DNA from: Ptychomitrium polyphyllum
Lineage: Eukaryota
Direction: 5' to 3'
NCBI GenBank assembly: GCA_973851085.1
Contig: OZ316776.1
Location: 12,524,001-12,588,000, forward strand
Length of the DNA: 64,000 nt
The notes under the pieces were generated by a model, which saw nothing but the letters and a program-made list of their open reading frames with translations, was not told where the DNA came from and did no database searches. Shown one piece after another: positions 1 through 10,907 of the stretch (within the stretch, counting starts at the first letter, position 1; each line of letters begins with the position of its first letter). A program made the position numbers and the translations under genes.

Positions 1-147
1 TTGACATACTGGCTAGGATCTGGAAATGATCTATCTTGGAAATAATGCTGCATACAATTGGAGATTTGGATATCTCTCTTCCCTTCTTATACTTGTCTAT
101 GAAGGAAAAACTTCTCTGTGAAGCTAACGGCTGCTGATGACACATCA

Positions 148-740
148 TCACTGACCTGGTTTTTGAGGATATCTTTGATGAAATTTGCATACCTTCTCGG
201 ATGCATTTGTTACATTCGTTGAAGGTTCCCATGTTCGGTCATTGATGCCATATCCTTGCCAATGTATAAGGTACTCCACACGTCCGTTCTTGGTGCGTGA
301 ATTTAAGATCTCTTCCACTTCATATTCAATTTTATTATTGATTTCCAGCGGAGGAGGCAGAGGGACAATTCTCTCTGGTCAACATGATTTGTTATAGGTT
401 TCCAACAATGATACGTGGAATAATGGATGAATTTGCATGCTTGGTGGTAGCTTTAGGTGATAACTAAGCGGATTTATTTGTTTGTTGATTTCAAACGGTC
501 CCAGCCTTTGACAGTCCAACTTCTTTGATGGTCTTTTTGTCTGTATATTTCGTCGTAGAAGCCATACAATATCTCCAACCTTAAACTTTGGATGGTCCTT
601 TTTATGGCGATCTGCATAAGTTTTGTAACGATCTTGAGCTTGTTGTAACTAGAAAGTAATTTCTTGATGGATTTTAGGAAGTTGAATTGCAAAATCCTTT
701 GCTGCGGAACTTCCAACATGCTTCACTTGAAATGGATCTG
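148..740 (-). mobile_element. Ty3/gypsy chromovirus (family A, Tcn1-like) integrase C-terminus plus chromodomain, decayed fragment
   Basis: Manual minus-strand translation: ...AQDRYKTYADRHKK..FKVGDIVWLLRRNIQTKRPSKKLDCQRLGPFEI..YHLKLPPSMQIHPLFHVSLLE (GPY/F domain), then EYEVEEILNSR..EYLIHWQGYGINDRTWEP (chromodomain). Internal stops; terminal TGA at 148-150. Clade assignment is inference. Confidence 0.9.
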
Positions 741-991
741 TTCGAAGTTTTCTAAGGTAGAAGAATCTTCTTAGGAAGTTTCCTAAAGAGATAGAACCTT
801 CCTAGGAAATTTCCTAAGATTATGGAACCTTTTTAGGAAGTTTCTTTAGGAGGAGGAACGTTCTTAGGAAGCTTCCAAAAAATATGGAAAGGTTATGGAG
901 ACATTTAAAAGTATTCTAAGAAGCTATTATAATATATCAAAAGGTTTGAGAATGTTCTAAAGACTATGTTTTATGATATATGTCCGTGACA
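741..991 (-). mobile_element. Partial LTR (5' end), probably family A, fused to the integrase tail by internal deletion
   Basis: Minus strand starts TGTCAC exactly at 991, where the family-B pol fragment is cut off. AT-rich, with an internal 31-bp tandem repeat. Confidence 0.6.
763..890. repeat. 31-bp tandem repeat, about 4 copies, with internal palindrome TTAGGAAnnTTCCTAA
   Basis: Units start GAA at 763, 794, 825, 856 and 887. Confidence 0.85.
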
Positions 992-1985
992 CATAAAACC
1001 AAAGGTCTACACAAACAACGTGTCCTTGAAGTATTTTGAATTACAAGCACAAATGAGTGCAAAGCAATTGACGTGGCATGATACCTAGGCACTTATGAAT
1101 GTGGATTTGATCCACAAGTTAGGACGTGACAATGTAGTGCCAAATGCTCTAAGTAGGCGAGAAGAATTGCAAGCGATGAGCACAACCCAAGTTCTGCAAG
1201 TAATGTACAAGAGAGAAGGCAATTTGGAAAGGAAGATAAGAGAGGGGTACATGAAGGACTCCGAAGCACAAAGGTTTCTTGATGAGCTTAAGAAAGGTAA
1301 GAAACTTAAGGAAATTAAGTTGGAGAAGGGATTAATCAAGTACAAACAAAGTCAGGTGTATGTGCCTCAAAGAAAACTATGGTTGTTGGTTTTGAAAGAA
1401 GAATATGATAGTCCCATAGCCGACCATAGAGGAGAAAAGACCACCATAGCGGCAGTGTTAAGAAGGTCCTATTGGTTGAGTATGAAAGCAGAGATCAACG
1501 ACTTTGTGAAAACTTGTATGAAGTGCCAACTCAATAGAGCCTTTTATCAAAAGCAAGTTGGTCTACTACAACCTTGCCAATTTGCCGGGTCCATGGCATA
1601 GCGTGTCCATGGACTTCATCACAAGTCTTCTAGAGTCGCAAGGGCATGATGCCATCTTTGTGATGGTAGATTGCTTTAGCAAGTTGGCGCACATGGTACC
1701 AACTAGAGGAACCGTAACTACACATGAGACCGCTAAGTTATTCCTTGATGCATGGTGGAAACATCACGGGTTGCCGAAAGTGATTGTGTTGGACCGAGAT
1801 CCAAAATTCATCAGTGCTTTTTGAAAACATTTCTTTAGAATAGTTGGAACTAAATTGACGTTCAGCACTGTCTTCTATCCTCAAATGGATGGGCAAACGG
1901 AACGAGTGAACGGAATTTTGAACCAATACTTGAGGAACTTTGTGAGTGTGGGCCAATGCAATTGGGTGGATTATGTGAGCCTAGC
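992..1985 (+). mobile_element. Truncated family-B pol copy (RNase H end to integrase core), pseudogenised
   Basis: Colinear with 6107-~7100 of the full-length element. Stops and frameshifts split it into ORFs 1095-1601, 1558-1824 and 1855-. Confidence 0.92.
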
Positions 1986-3130
1986 TATCGCGCACCTCTA
2001 TTTGGGAAGTGCCCGCAATACTAAGGGCACAAAGGGGACCCCGGAGTGACGTCCGGGACTTGTGGCGCCGATAGTGAGGGAAATCGAGTGGGCCTAGCGT
2101 GGGAAGGACCCCGAAGGGGGAGAAACATCCTTGCCCATGTAGACTGAGGGCCATGAGGGAAAGATCAAGAGCATTGGATGAATCACGAAGAGCTGATTCT
2201 AGAATGCTAAGGATTGCCCAAATCGGACAAGGGAGCTAAAAGTTATGGCACCCCAAAGTTGGGGTTGCCAAGGGGCTGTTCTAGAGTGTGGCAGCCCTAC
2301 ACAGTGACTGTGCTAGAGTGGAACAGTCCAGGGAGGGACTCCCCGGGAGTCCCGAACCTTGGGAGAGGCGTATCTCTCACAATATTATTTCAAATCGGAC
2401 GTTTGAAGAGTCTATCGGAATCTACGCAAAGAGTAGATGACGATAAAGTGGTCGCTCAATACATTCAGGCACCAAATCAGGAAGACATGACGCCCTAAAG
2501 GTCCGCTGGGAGTCCCAGAGGCTTCCAGTGGCTAAGTCCTAAAGGAGATCGTGTGGTCTCTCAAAATTCTAGGTGTGTCGGGGTTCAGCTAGCTCCAGAG
2601 GGCCAGGGGGCCTGCCGAATTCCACAAAGAGTACTATAAGGGAGGGCTGGTCCCCCTCCCCACTCCCCTAGTGTCCCGGTAGAGACCAAATGTGAGTCCC
2701 GATTGGTGGAGCTAGTGTTGGGGCTTCACCACGGGGACTCCCACATCATTGTGAGCCAGTGGACGGCCGGTTTTACAAAAGGAACTAGCACGTTCAAGAG
2801 GATACGCTTGTTACCACTAAATTGGGGTGGTGTCTTCACGCCGGCACCATGATGGCCCGAGGTGATCTTAGGATCATATGGGTATCATGAGTGGTGGTGA
2901 GGAGACACCACTAAGTGCGGTTAGGCCGTGTGGAATGGGAGTAACACCAAGGAGGCCTTGGACATGAATAGAAGTCCGCACCTAACCATTGGCTACTAAT
3001 AAATTGGGTGTCCTAAGAGAAATGGTAGAAAGACTTGGAAAGTGAGAATGGGGGTTAACCATGTGCATGTGGGGGTGTACAGGGTTGACGCGCGTAACGC
3101 TTGCTAAGGTGCATTACAAGGGTTGCGATA
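1986..3130 (+). repeat. 5' LTR
   Basis: TATCGCGCAC...GGTTGCGATA (TG..CA termini mutated to TA..TA). Direct repeat of 8602-9745. TATAA at 2635-2639. Confidence 0.93.
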
Positions 3131-3132
3131 TT

Positions 3133-3144
3133 TGATATCAGAGC
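3133..3144 (+). promoter_or_regulatory. Primer-binding site for initiator tRNA-Met
   Basis: TGATATCAGAGC, one mismatch from canonical TGGTATCAGAGC, 2 nt after the 5' LTR. Confidence 0.9.
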
Positions 3145-3182
3145 AGGCTTTGAGTATCCAAGTGTTACGTTGCAAGGAGGCT

Positions 3183-6100
3183 ATGGGTAAGAAGAAGGCC
3201 GATGATGGCGGTGAGCCCGGGGCCTCTGAAAAACTACGCATAAGGGTGAACAAAGACCCCAATCCAATTAATGAGGCTCCATCCTTTGATTCCAATGAGC
3301 AAGGGAATGACATTGGAGTTACCGAGGAAGTTGAAGAAACTCAGCAAGACGAAGCGTTAGAGGGTGGAAAGTACTCAGGAGCTAGGATTCCTGAGCCACC
3401 TAAGAGCCTAGAAAGTCGGGACCCTGACTTGAGTTTTTGCATGAAAATACTCGAGTTCATGGACAGTGTGAACCAATAACTCAAGCGTGGCAAAGAAGAA
3501 AGGACTCGTCAAGAGAGGTTGATTGAGCACTTGATGGCACAAGGTTCCAGGTCCTCATCTTCGACCAAGAAGCTGGCCAAAGTGAACATGCCCAGCACTT
3601 TTTCTGGGCTAGGCAAGGCTAGGAAGGTGAAGGAGTTTCTTTTGGAAATGGACAACTATTATGATGTTCAAAAGCCGGAGCAGGTGGACAAAGTTTCAAT
3701 TGCGGTGACCTTTTTGAAAGACCATGATCTTCAATGGTGGACAAGTAAAAAGGAGCAAGAGCCGGAGTAGGTGGAAACTTTGTCTTGGGTCAATTTTAAA
3801 GAGATCTTGAGTGAACGCTTTACTTCGGAATACCAAGAGTTGAGGGAGGGCATGAACTTGGTGCAAATGAGGCACACCGGGTCGCTCAAGACTTATGTGC
3901 GAGATTTCAACGCCCAAATGAATGCCACATTCAAAATGGATGAGTTTTCAAAGAAATGCATCTTTTTGGGTGGGCTTCAAAAGTGGGTGGTGGACGCCTT
4001 GTTCAAGTTCCCAAAGCTTCCGGAGGACGTGGCGGGAATCATTAAGATCGCGGAAAGAATTGAAGCCGACGGTCCCGAAAGAAAATCAAGTGGTCCCTCT
4101 CAACAAAGTGGATTGAGCCGAAATGTATCTCGCGGCGGAGAACGCAAGAAATTTGGCTTTGGAAACAAACACAAGGGACAAGTAGATAGAAGGGCCTACA
4201 ACAAAGTGGACCATCATAAGCAGAAACCATTCAAATCGGGAGATGGGAGTGCTGAGGTGAAGCACAAGCGTTGCCACAGGTGTGACAAGATTGGCCACTT
4301 TATTGCGGAGTGCCCCGATAAAAAGGTGAGTACCAAAGCTTGTCACACTTGTGTTGTGGATCACATTTTAGAAGGTGGATTTATTGCCAAGGCTAATAGC
4401 CTTAAGCCAAGGTCAAGTCTTTTATACCTTGAGGCCCAAATAAATGGCAGAAATGTTTCATGTTTGATTGACACAAGGGCAACGCACTCCTCCATGAGTC
4501 CCAAGCTAGCAAGGGTGTTGGGCTTGTCGGCTCAAAAAGCTAGCAAGCCCATCAACGTGCAATTTGCAAAATGCAAACCGTATGAGACTAAGAAGGTGGT
4601 GTTGGATGTGGCCTTAAGCAGTGGAACATTGGAGTTGAAGGAAAGTTTTACACTATGTGAGATGGATGAGGTAGACCTCATTTTAGGTGATACCTTTTTT
4701 GAAACTCAAGTGGTGGATGTGAAGCGAAAGCCAACACGGTTAGTAGTGCGCCGTGGTGGGAAGGAGGCAATATTGAAGTTGACTAGGACTCCTATGGTTG
4801 CGGGAGGCAAGTTGAACTTAGTCTCCTTAGAACAACTAGTGAATAACCAATTTGTAGTTGTGATGCGAATGAAGCAAGAAGAGGGGAATAGGCCAAGTGC
4901 CAAGGAAGTTAGGACTATTCCCAAGTGCATTCAAAATGTACTTAGTGGTTACAAGGATGTGCTCACCAATGAGCTGCCCGCAGAGTTACCGCCAAGAAGA
5001 GAAGTGGATCACAAAATTGAAGTGATACCGGGAACGGAGCCCCCTTCTAAGGCTCCATACCAGTTGAACCAAAAAGAGCTAGAGGAGTTGAAGAAGCAAT
5101 TGAATGACTTGTTGGAAAGAGGCTATGTTAGGCCAAGTAAGTCGCCATATGGAGCACCGGTCCTCTTCGTAGACAAAAAGGATGGCAAGCTCCGCATGTG
5201 TGTCGACTATAGAGCCTTGAATAAAGCCACCATCAAGAACAACTATCCTTTGCCTCGCGTTGATGACCTCTTTGATAGATTGGCGGGAGCTAAATACTTT
5301 AGTCGGATAGACTTGAAGTCGGGCTACTATCAAATCCGCATTGCGGATGAAGACGTGCCAAAGACCGCATGCCACACTAGATATGGGTCCTATGAATTTT
5401 TGGTGATGCCATTCGTGTTGTATAATGCTCCTTCGACGTCCACAACCCTCATGAATACCATCTTTCAAGAAGAGATGGATGACTTTATCATTGTCTACAT
5501 TGATGACATCTTGGTGTACTCCAAGTCGGCGAAGGAACATGCAAGGCACCTCGAAGTGGTGTTTCAAAAACTTAGGGACCACAAACTTTATGCCAACGAA
5601 GAAAAGAGTGAGTTTGCTCAACTTGAGATTGAGTTCTTGGGCCATATAGTAACGGATGATGGAATCAAGCCGGACATAAGGAAGATAAAGGCAATTAGAG
5701 AGTAGAAACAACCTTCTACACAAAAGGGGCTGAGATTATTTCTCGGCCTAGCAAATTATTATAGGAGGTTCATACGCAACTTCTTCAAATTTGCTAGACC
5801 TTTGTCCGACTTGTTGAAGAAAGGAGCTAGCCAAATATGGGATAGATTTTGTCACCAAGCTTTTCAAGAACTCAAGGATAAGTTGTCACAACCGCCGGTA
5901 TTGAAGTTTCCCAAGTTTGAAAAGCCCTTTGAGGTCCACACGGATGCAAGTGACTTTGCCATTGGCGGAGTTCTCATGCAAGAAGGCATGCCAATTGCTT
6001 ATGAGAGCAAGAAGTTGGATGGGTGCAAAAGAGGTGGTCCACGCACGAGAAAGAACTCTTTGCCGCAGTGCATTGTTTGAAAACATGGCGGCACTACTTG

Positions 6101-7811
6101 GGCCTACATAAAACCAAAGTCTACACGGACAACGTGTCCTTGAAGTACTTTGAGTCGCAAGCGCAAATGAGTGCAAAACAATTGAGGTGGCATGACACCT
6201 TGGCACTCATGAATGTGGATTTGATCCACAAGCCGGGGTGTGACAATGTAGTGCCGGATGCTCTAAGTAGGCGGGAGGAGTTGCAAGCGATGGGCACAAC
6301 CCAAGTCCTGCGAGTTATGTACAAGGGAGAAGGCAATTTGGAAAGGAAGATAAGAGAGGGGTACATGAAGGACTCAGAAGCACAAAGGCTTCTCGGCAAG
6401 CTTAAGAAGGGTAAGAAACTTCAGGAAATTAAGTTGGAGAAGGGATTGCTTAAGTACAAACAAAGTTGGGTGTATGTGCCTCAAGGAAAACTACGGTTGT
6501 TGGTTTTGAAAAAAGAACACGATAGTCCTATAGCCGGCCATAGAGGAGAAAAAACCACCATAGCGGCGGTGTCAAGAAGGTACTATTGGCCGGGCATGAA
6601 AGCGGACATCACCGACTTTGTGAAAACTTGTGTGAAGTGCCAGTTGAATAGTGTTTCTTATCAAAAGCAAGCCGGTCTACTACAACCTTTGCCAATTCCG
6701 CCGGGTCCATGGCATAGCGTGTCCATGGACTTCATCACAAGTCTTCCAGAATCGCAAGGACATGATGCCATCTTTGTGATGGTGGATTGCTTTAGCAAAT
6801 TGGCGCACATGGTGCCAACTAGAGGAACCGTAACTGCACATGAGACCGCAAAGCTATTCCTCGATGCATGGTGGAAACATCACGGGTTGCCGAGAGTGAT
6901 TGTGTCGGACCGAGATCCAAAATTCAATAGTGCTTTTTGGAAACATTTCTTTAGAAAAGTTGGAACCAAATTGACTTTTAGCACTGCCTTCCATCTTCAA
7001 ACGGATGGACAAATGGAACGAGTGATTGGAATCTTGAACCAATACTTGAGGAACTTTGTGAGTGCGGACCAGTGCGATTGGGTGGAATATGTGAGTCTTG
7101 CGGAGTTCAGTTACAATGCGGCCAACCATTCGGCGACAAAGTAGTCGCCATTTAAGGTGGCCTATGGAGTGGAGCCACTCCAGCCTGCCAACTTAGCTCT
7201 CGAAGGGGCACATTCAACACTAGAGTTTAACCAAGATGGTGAGGACTTGGCCAAAAAGCGAAAACAGATGTTGGAGAAGACCAAGCTTTTGTTGGAAAAG
7301 GCACAAAAGCGGTACGAGAAACAAGTCAATGCCGGAAGACGTGAAGTGGAGTATGAAGTAGGCCAAAAGGTGTTGTTGAATGTGAAGAACTTTAGCTTGC
7401 CCGAAGGCCTCACTCCAAAGTTCATGTCCAAGTTTGCGGGGCCGTTTTCCATTGTGGAGCGGATGTTTAAGGATGTGTACAAGTTGGAGCTACCACCCGA
7501 AATCAAAGTGCACCCAACATTTCATGTCTCACTCCTCAAGCCATTTAAAAAAGATACCTTGTGGCCCAATTGCAAACAAGTGATTCAGCCACCGCCGGAA
7601 TTGGTAGGCGACCACTTGGAATACGAAGTGGAAGGAATTCTCAAGTGTAGGCACCACAAGAAAATAGGAAAAAGTGTATTTGGTGAAGTGGAGAGGGTAC
7701 CATGAGAAGGAAGCAACTTGGGTAGCAGCCAAGGACTTGGAAAATGCCAATGAGGTGGTAGAACGCTTTGAAAGGGATAGGAACTCCAACAAAAGACAAC
7801 GTCGGCATTGA
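3183..7811 (+). pseudogene. gag-pol polyprotein with chromodomain, disrupted
   Basis: Zinc knuckle [14 protein letters not shown]; protease LIDTRA; RT YIDDIL; RNase H TDASD; integrase H..H..C..C and SMDF/SDRD; GPF; chromodomain YEVEGILKCR..YLVKWRGY..ATW. Stops at 3477, 3768, 5703 and 7142; frameshifts near 6025 and 7665. Confidence 0.95.
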
Positions 7812-8588
7812 TGAGGACATCAATCTCTTTAAGTAGGGGGAGAGTGGCTTGTAGTTATAACTTCTTCACATCATGTATTGGTTCTTTGACTTATGGCAAT
7901 AAAGTTCAACTTTTGTGTGTGCAAAGAGAAGAGTATAAGATGACGTCCTAGTCTTGTGCTTGTGCTAGGTTGGTAGAAGAGGGGGAATAGACATGTGAAA
8001 CCAAGTTGGGAAGGCCGAGTAATGGGGACCAAGGCTTGGAGGAGGAATGGTTAAAATCATGAAATTCCCTCGCCTTGGGCTTGTTCGGGCGAGGACAAGG
8101 TAATGGCGCGTGCTCATAAAAGCGCCACTCTTACAAACTAACAAAAGTTAGTGCATGGGAGTCATGAACCCATGTCTCAATAGAGATAGTGGGATCCAGA
8201 TTGGGCGGAACTTGGCATTATCCTCGTGCGATCGAGTCGTGGAATAAAAGCCACCTTGGGTTTGCAACCAAGACAACTTGGTGGAGCATTGAGGTCCAAC
8301 CTAGTCAAAAAGGAAGAGTTAGGGAAGTGTAGCCTAACTAGGGAGTGTATCCCAAGAGGGTCTCAAAGTAGGTAGGTCTAGAATAGTTTTGGGCCCCAAA
8401 GATTTTTATCTAGGGTGCCTAAACAGACCACCTCCTAAACGACACCTTTGAGACATTGCCAAAGACTTATGAGTGCATTGTGGGGGTCGCACTCTGGATG
8501 AAACACAATGCTGCACTACTAGAGGATGGCAACCTTGGAATTGGTGTGCCGACTACAAGTATAGTCGATGAGGGCATCGACTCCATTT

Positions 8589-8601
8589 GGATGGAGGTGA
8601 G
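8589..8601 (+). promoter_or_regulatory. Polypurine tract
   Basis: GGATGGAGGTGAG immediately before the 3' LTR TG. Confidence 0.7.
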
Positions 8602-9745
8602 TGTTGCGCACCTCGCCCTGAGGAGTGCCCGCAACACTGAGGGCACAAGGGGGACCCCGAAGTGACGTCCGGGACTTGTGGCGCCGATAGTGAGGAGAAC
8701 CGAGTGGGCCTAATATGGGAAGGACCCCTAGGAGGAGAAACATCCTTGCCCATGTAGACTGAGGGCCACGAGGGAAAGATCAAGGGCATTGGATGAATCA
8801 CAAAGAGCTGATTCTAGAATTCTAAGGATTGCCCAAATCGGACAAGGGAGCTAAAAGTTATGGCACCCCAAAGTTGGGGTTGCCAAGGGGCTGTTTTGGA
8901 GTGTGGCAGCCCTACACAGTGACTGTGCTGGAGTGGAACAGTCCAGGGAGGGACTCCCCGGGAGTCCCGAACCTTGGGAGAGGCGTATCTCTCACAATAT
9001 TATTTCAAATCGGACGTTTGAAGAGTCTATCGGAATCTACGCAAAGAGTAGATGACGATAAAGTGGTCGCTCAATACATTCAGGCACCAAATCAGGAAGA
9101 CATGACGCCCTAAAGGTCCGCTGGGAGTCCCGGAGGCTTCCAGTGGCTAAGTCCTAAAGGAGATCGTGTGGTCTCTCAAAATTCTAGGTGTGTCGGGGTT
9201 CAGCTAGCTCCAGAGGGCCAGGGGGCCTGCCGAATTCCACAAAGAGTACTATAAGGGAGGGCTGGTCCCCCTCCCCACTCCCCTAGTGTCCCGGTAGAGA
9301 CCAAATGTGAGTCCCGATTGGTGGAGCTAGTGTTGGGGCTTCACCACGGGGACTCCCACATCATTGTGAGCCAGTGGACGGCCGGTTTTACAAAAGGAAC
9401 TAGCACGTTCAAAAGGGTACGCTTGTTACCACTAAATTGGGGTGGTGTCTTCACGCCGGCACCATGATGGCCCGAGGTGATCTTAGGATCATATGGGTAT
9501 CATGAGTGGTGGTGAGGAGACACCACTAAGTGCGGTTAGGCCGTGTGGAATGGGAGTAACACCAAGGAGGCCTTGGACATGAATAGAAGTCCGCACCTAA
9601 CCATTGGCTACTAATAAATTGGGTGTCCTAAGAGAAATGGTAGAAAGACTTGGAAAGTGAGAATGGGGGTTAACCATGTGCATGTGGGGGTGTACAGGGT
9701 TGATGCGCGTAACGCTTGCTAAGGTGCATTGCAAGGGTTGCGACA
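8602..9745 (+). repeat. 3' LTR
   Basis: TGTTGCGCAC...GGTTGCGACA with canonical TG..CA ends, 1144 bp. Confidence 0.95.
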
Positions 9746-9763
9746 CCAGCCTAAGCAAGGGCT

Positions 9764-10907
9764 TGTCGCAACCCTTGTAATGCACCTTAGCAAGCGTCAC
9801 GCGCGTCAACCCTGTACACCCCCACATGCACATGGTTAACGTCCATTCTCACTTTCCAAGTCTTTCTACCATTTCTCTTAAGATACCTAATTTATCAGTA
9901 GCCAATGGTTAGGTGCGGACTTCCGTTCATATTTAAGGCCTCACTTAATATCACTCCCATTTCACACGGCTTAACCGCACTTAGTGGTGTCTCTTCACCA
10001 CCACTCATGATCCCCATGTGATCCTAAGATCACCCTGGGCCATCAGAGTGCCGGTGCAAAGATACCACCCCAATTTAGTGGTAACAAGCGTATCCTTTTG
10101 AACGTGCTAGTTCCCTCCGTAAAACCGGCCGTCCACCGACTCACAATGGTGTGAGAGTTCCCATGGTAAAGCCCCAACACTAGCTTTAGCAACCAGGACT
10201 CATCCTTGGTCTCTACTGGGACACTAGGGGAGTAGGGAGGGAGACGAGCCCTCCCTTATAGTACTCTCTGTGGGATTCGGTAGGCCTTCTAGCCCTATGT
10301 AGCTGGCTGAACCTCGACACACCTAAAGTTTTGGAAACTATCCGATCTCCCTTGGAACTTAGCCACGGGAAACCTCCGGGACTCCCAATGGACCTTCAAG
10401 GAGCCATATCTTCCTCATCCAATGCCCGAATGTATCAACCAACCACTCTATCGTCATCTACTCTTTGCGTAAATGCCGATAGATTCCTCAAACGTCCGAT
10501 TTGAGTTAGTATTGTGGAAGATACGCCTCTCCCAAGGTTCGGGACTCCCGAGGAGTCCTTCCCTGGACTGTTCCATTCCAGTATAGTCACTGTGTAGGGC
10601 TGCCACAGTCCAGAACAGCCCCTTGGCAACCGCAACTTCGGGATGCCATAATTTTTAGCTCCCTTGTCCAATTTGGACAATCTTTAGCATTCTAGAATCA
10701 ACTCTTCGTGATTCCTCCAATGCCTAAGATCTATCCTTTGTGGCCCTCGGTCTACATGGGCAAGGATGTTTCTCCCCCTAGGGGTCCTTCCCACGCTAGG
10801 CCCACTCGGTTCCTCTCATTATCGGCGCCACCAGTCCCGAACTTCACTCCGGGATCTCTCTTGTGCTCTTAGTATTGTGGGCACTCCTCAAGGAGAGGTG
10901 CGCGATA
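9764..10907 (-). mobile_element. Solo LTR of family B, inverted
   Basis: Reverse complement of the LTR, 1144 bp, flanked by a perfect 5-bp TSD GGGCT (9759-9763 and 10908-10912). Confidence 0.95.

Larger units (their letters stand above)
1986..9745 (+). mobile_element. Full-length decayed Ty3/gypsy chromovirus LTR retrotransposon (family B, Galadriel-like)
   Basis: Two ~1145-bp LTRs, tRNA-Met PBS, domain order gag-PR-RT-RH-INT-chromodomain, and a purine tract before the 3' LTR. Clade is inferred from motifs (VHCLKTWRHYL, WHSVSMDFITSLP). Confidence 0.95.

Noticed and set aside
763..890. Short palindromic repeats resembling a CRISPR array
   Set aside because: Contiguous tandem units with no unique spacers, no cas genes, and a eukaryotic LTR context.
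2214..2498. 94-aa ORF repeated at 8829-9113 and partly at 10435-10680
   Set aside because: Lies inside the LTR with a TTG start. It recurs only because the LTR is repeated.
3768..3770. TAG within gag as programmed read-through
   Set aside because: It falls mid-gag and is one of several stops, so it is simple decay.
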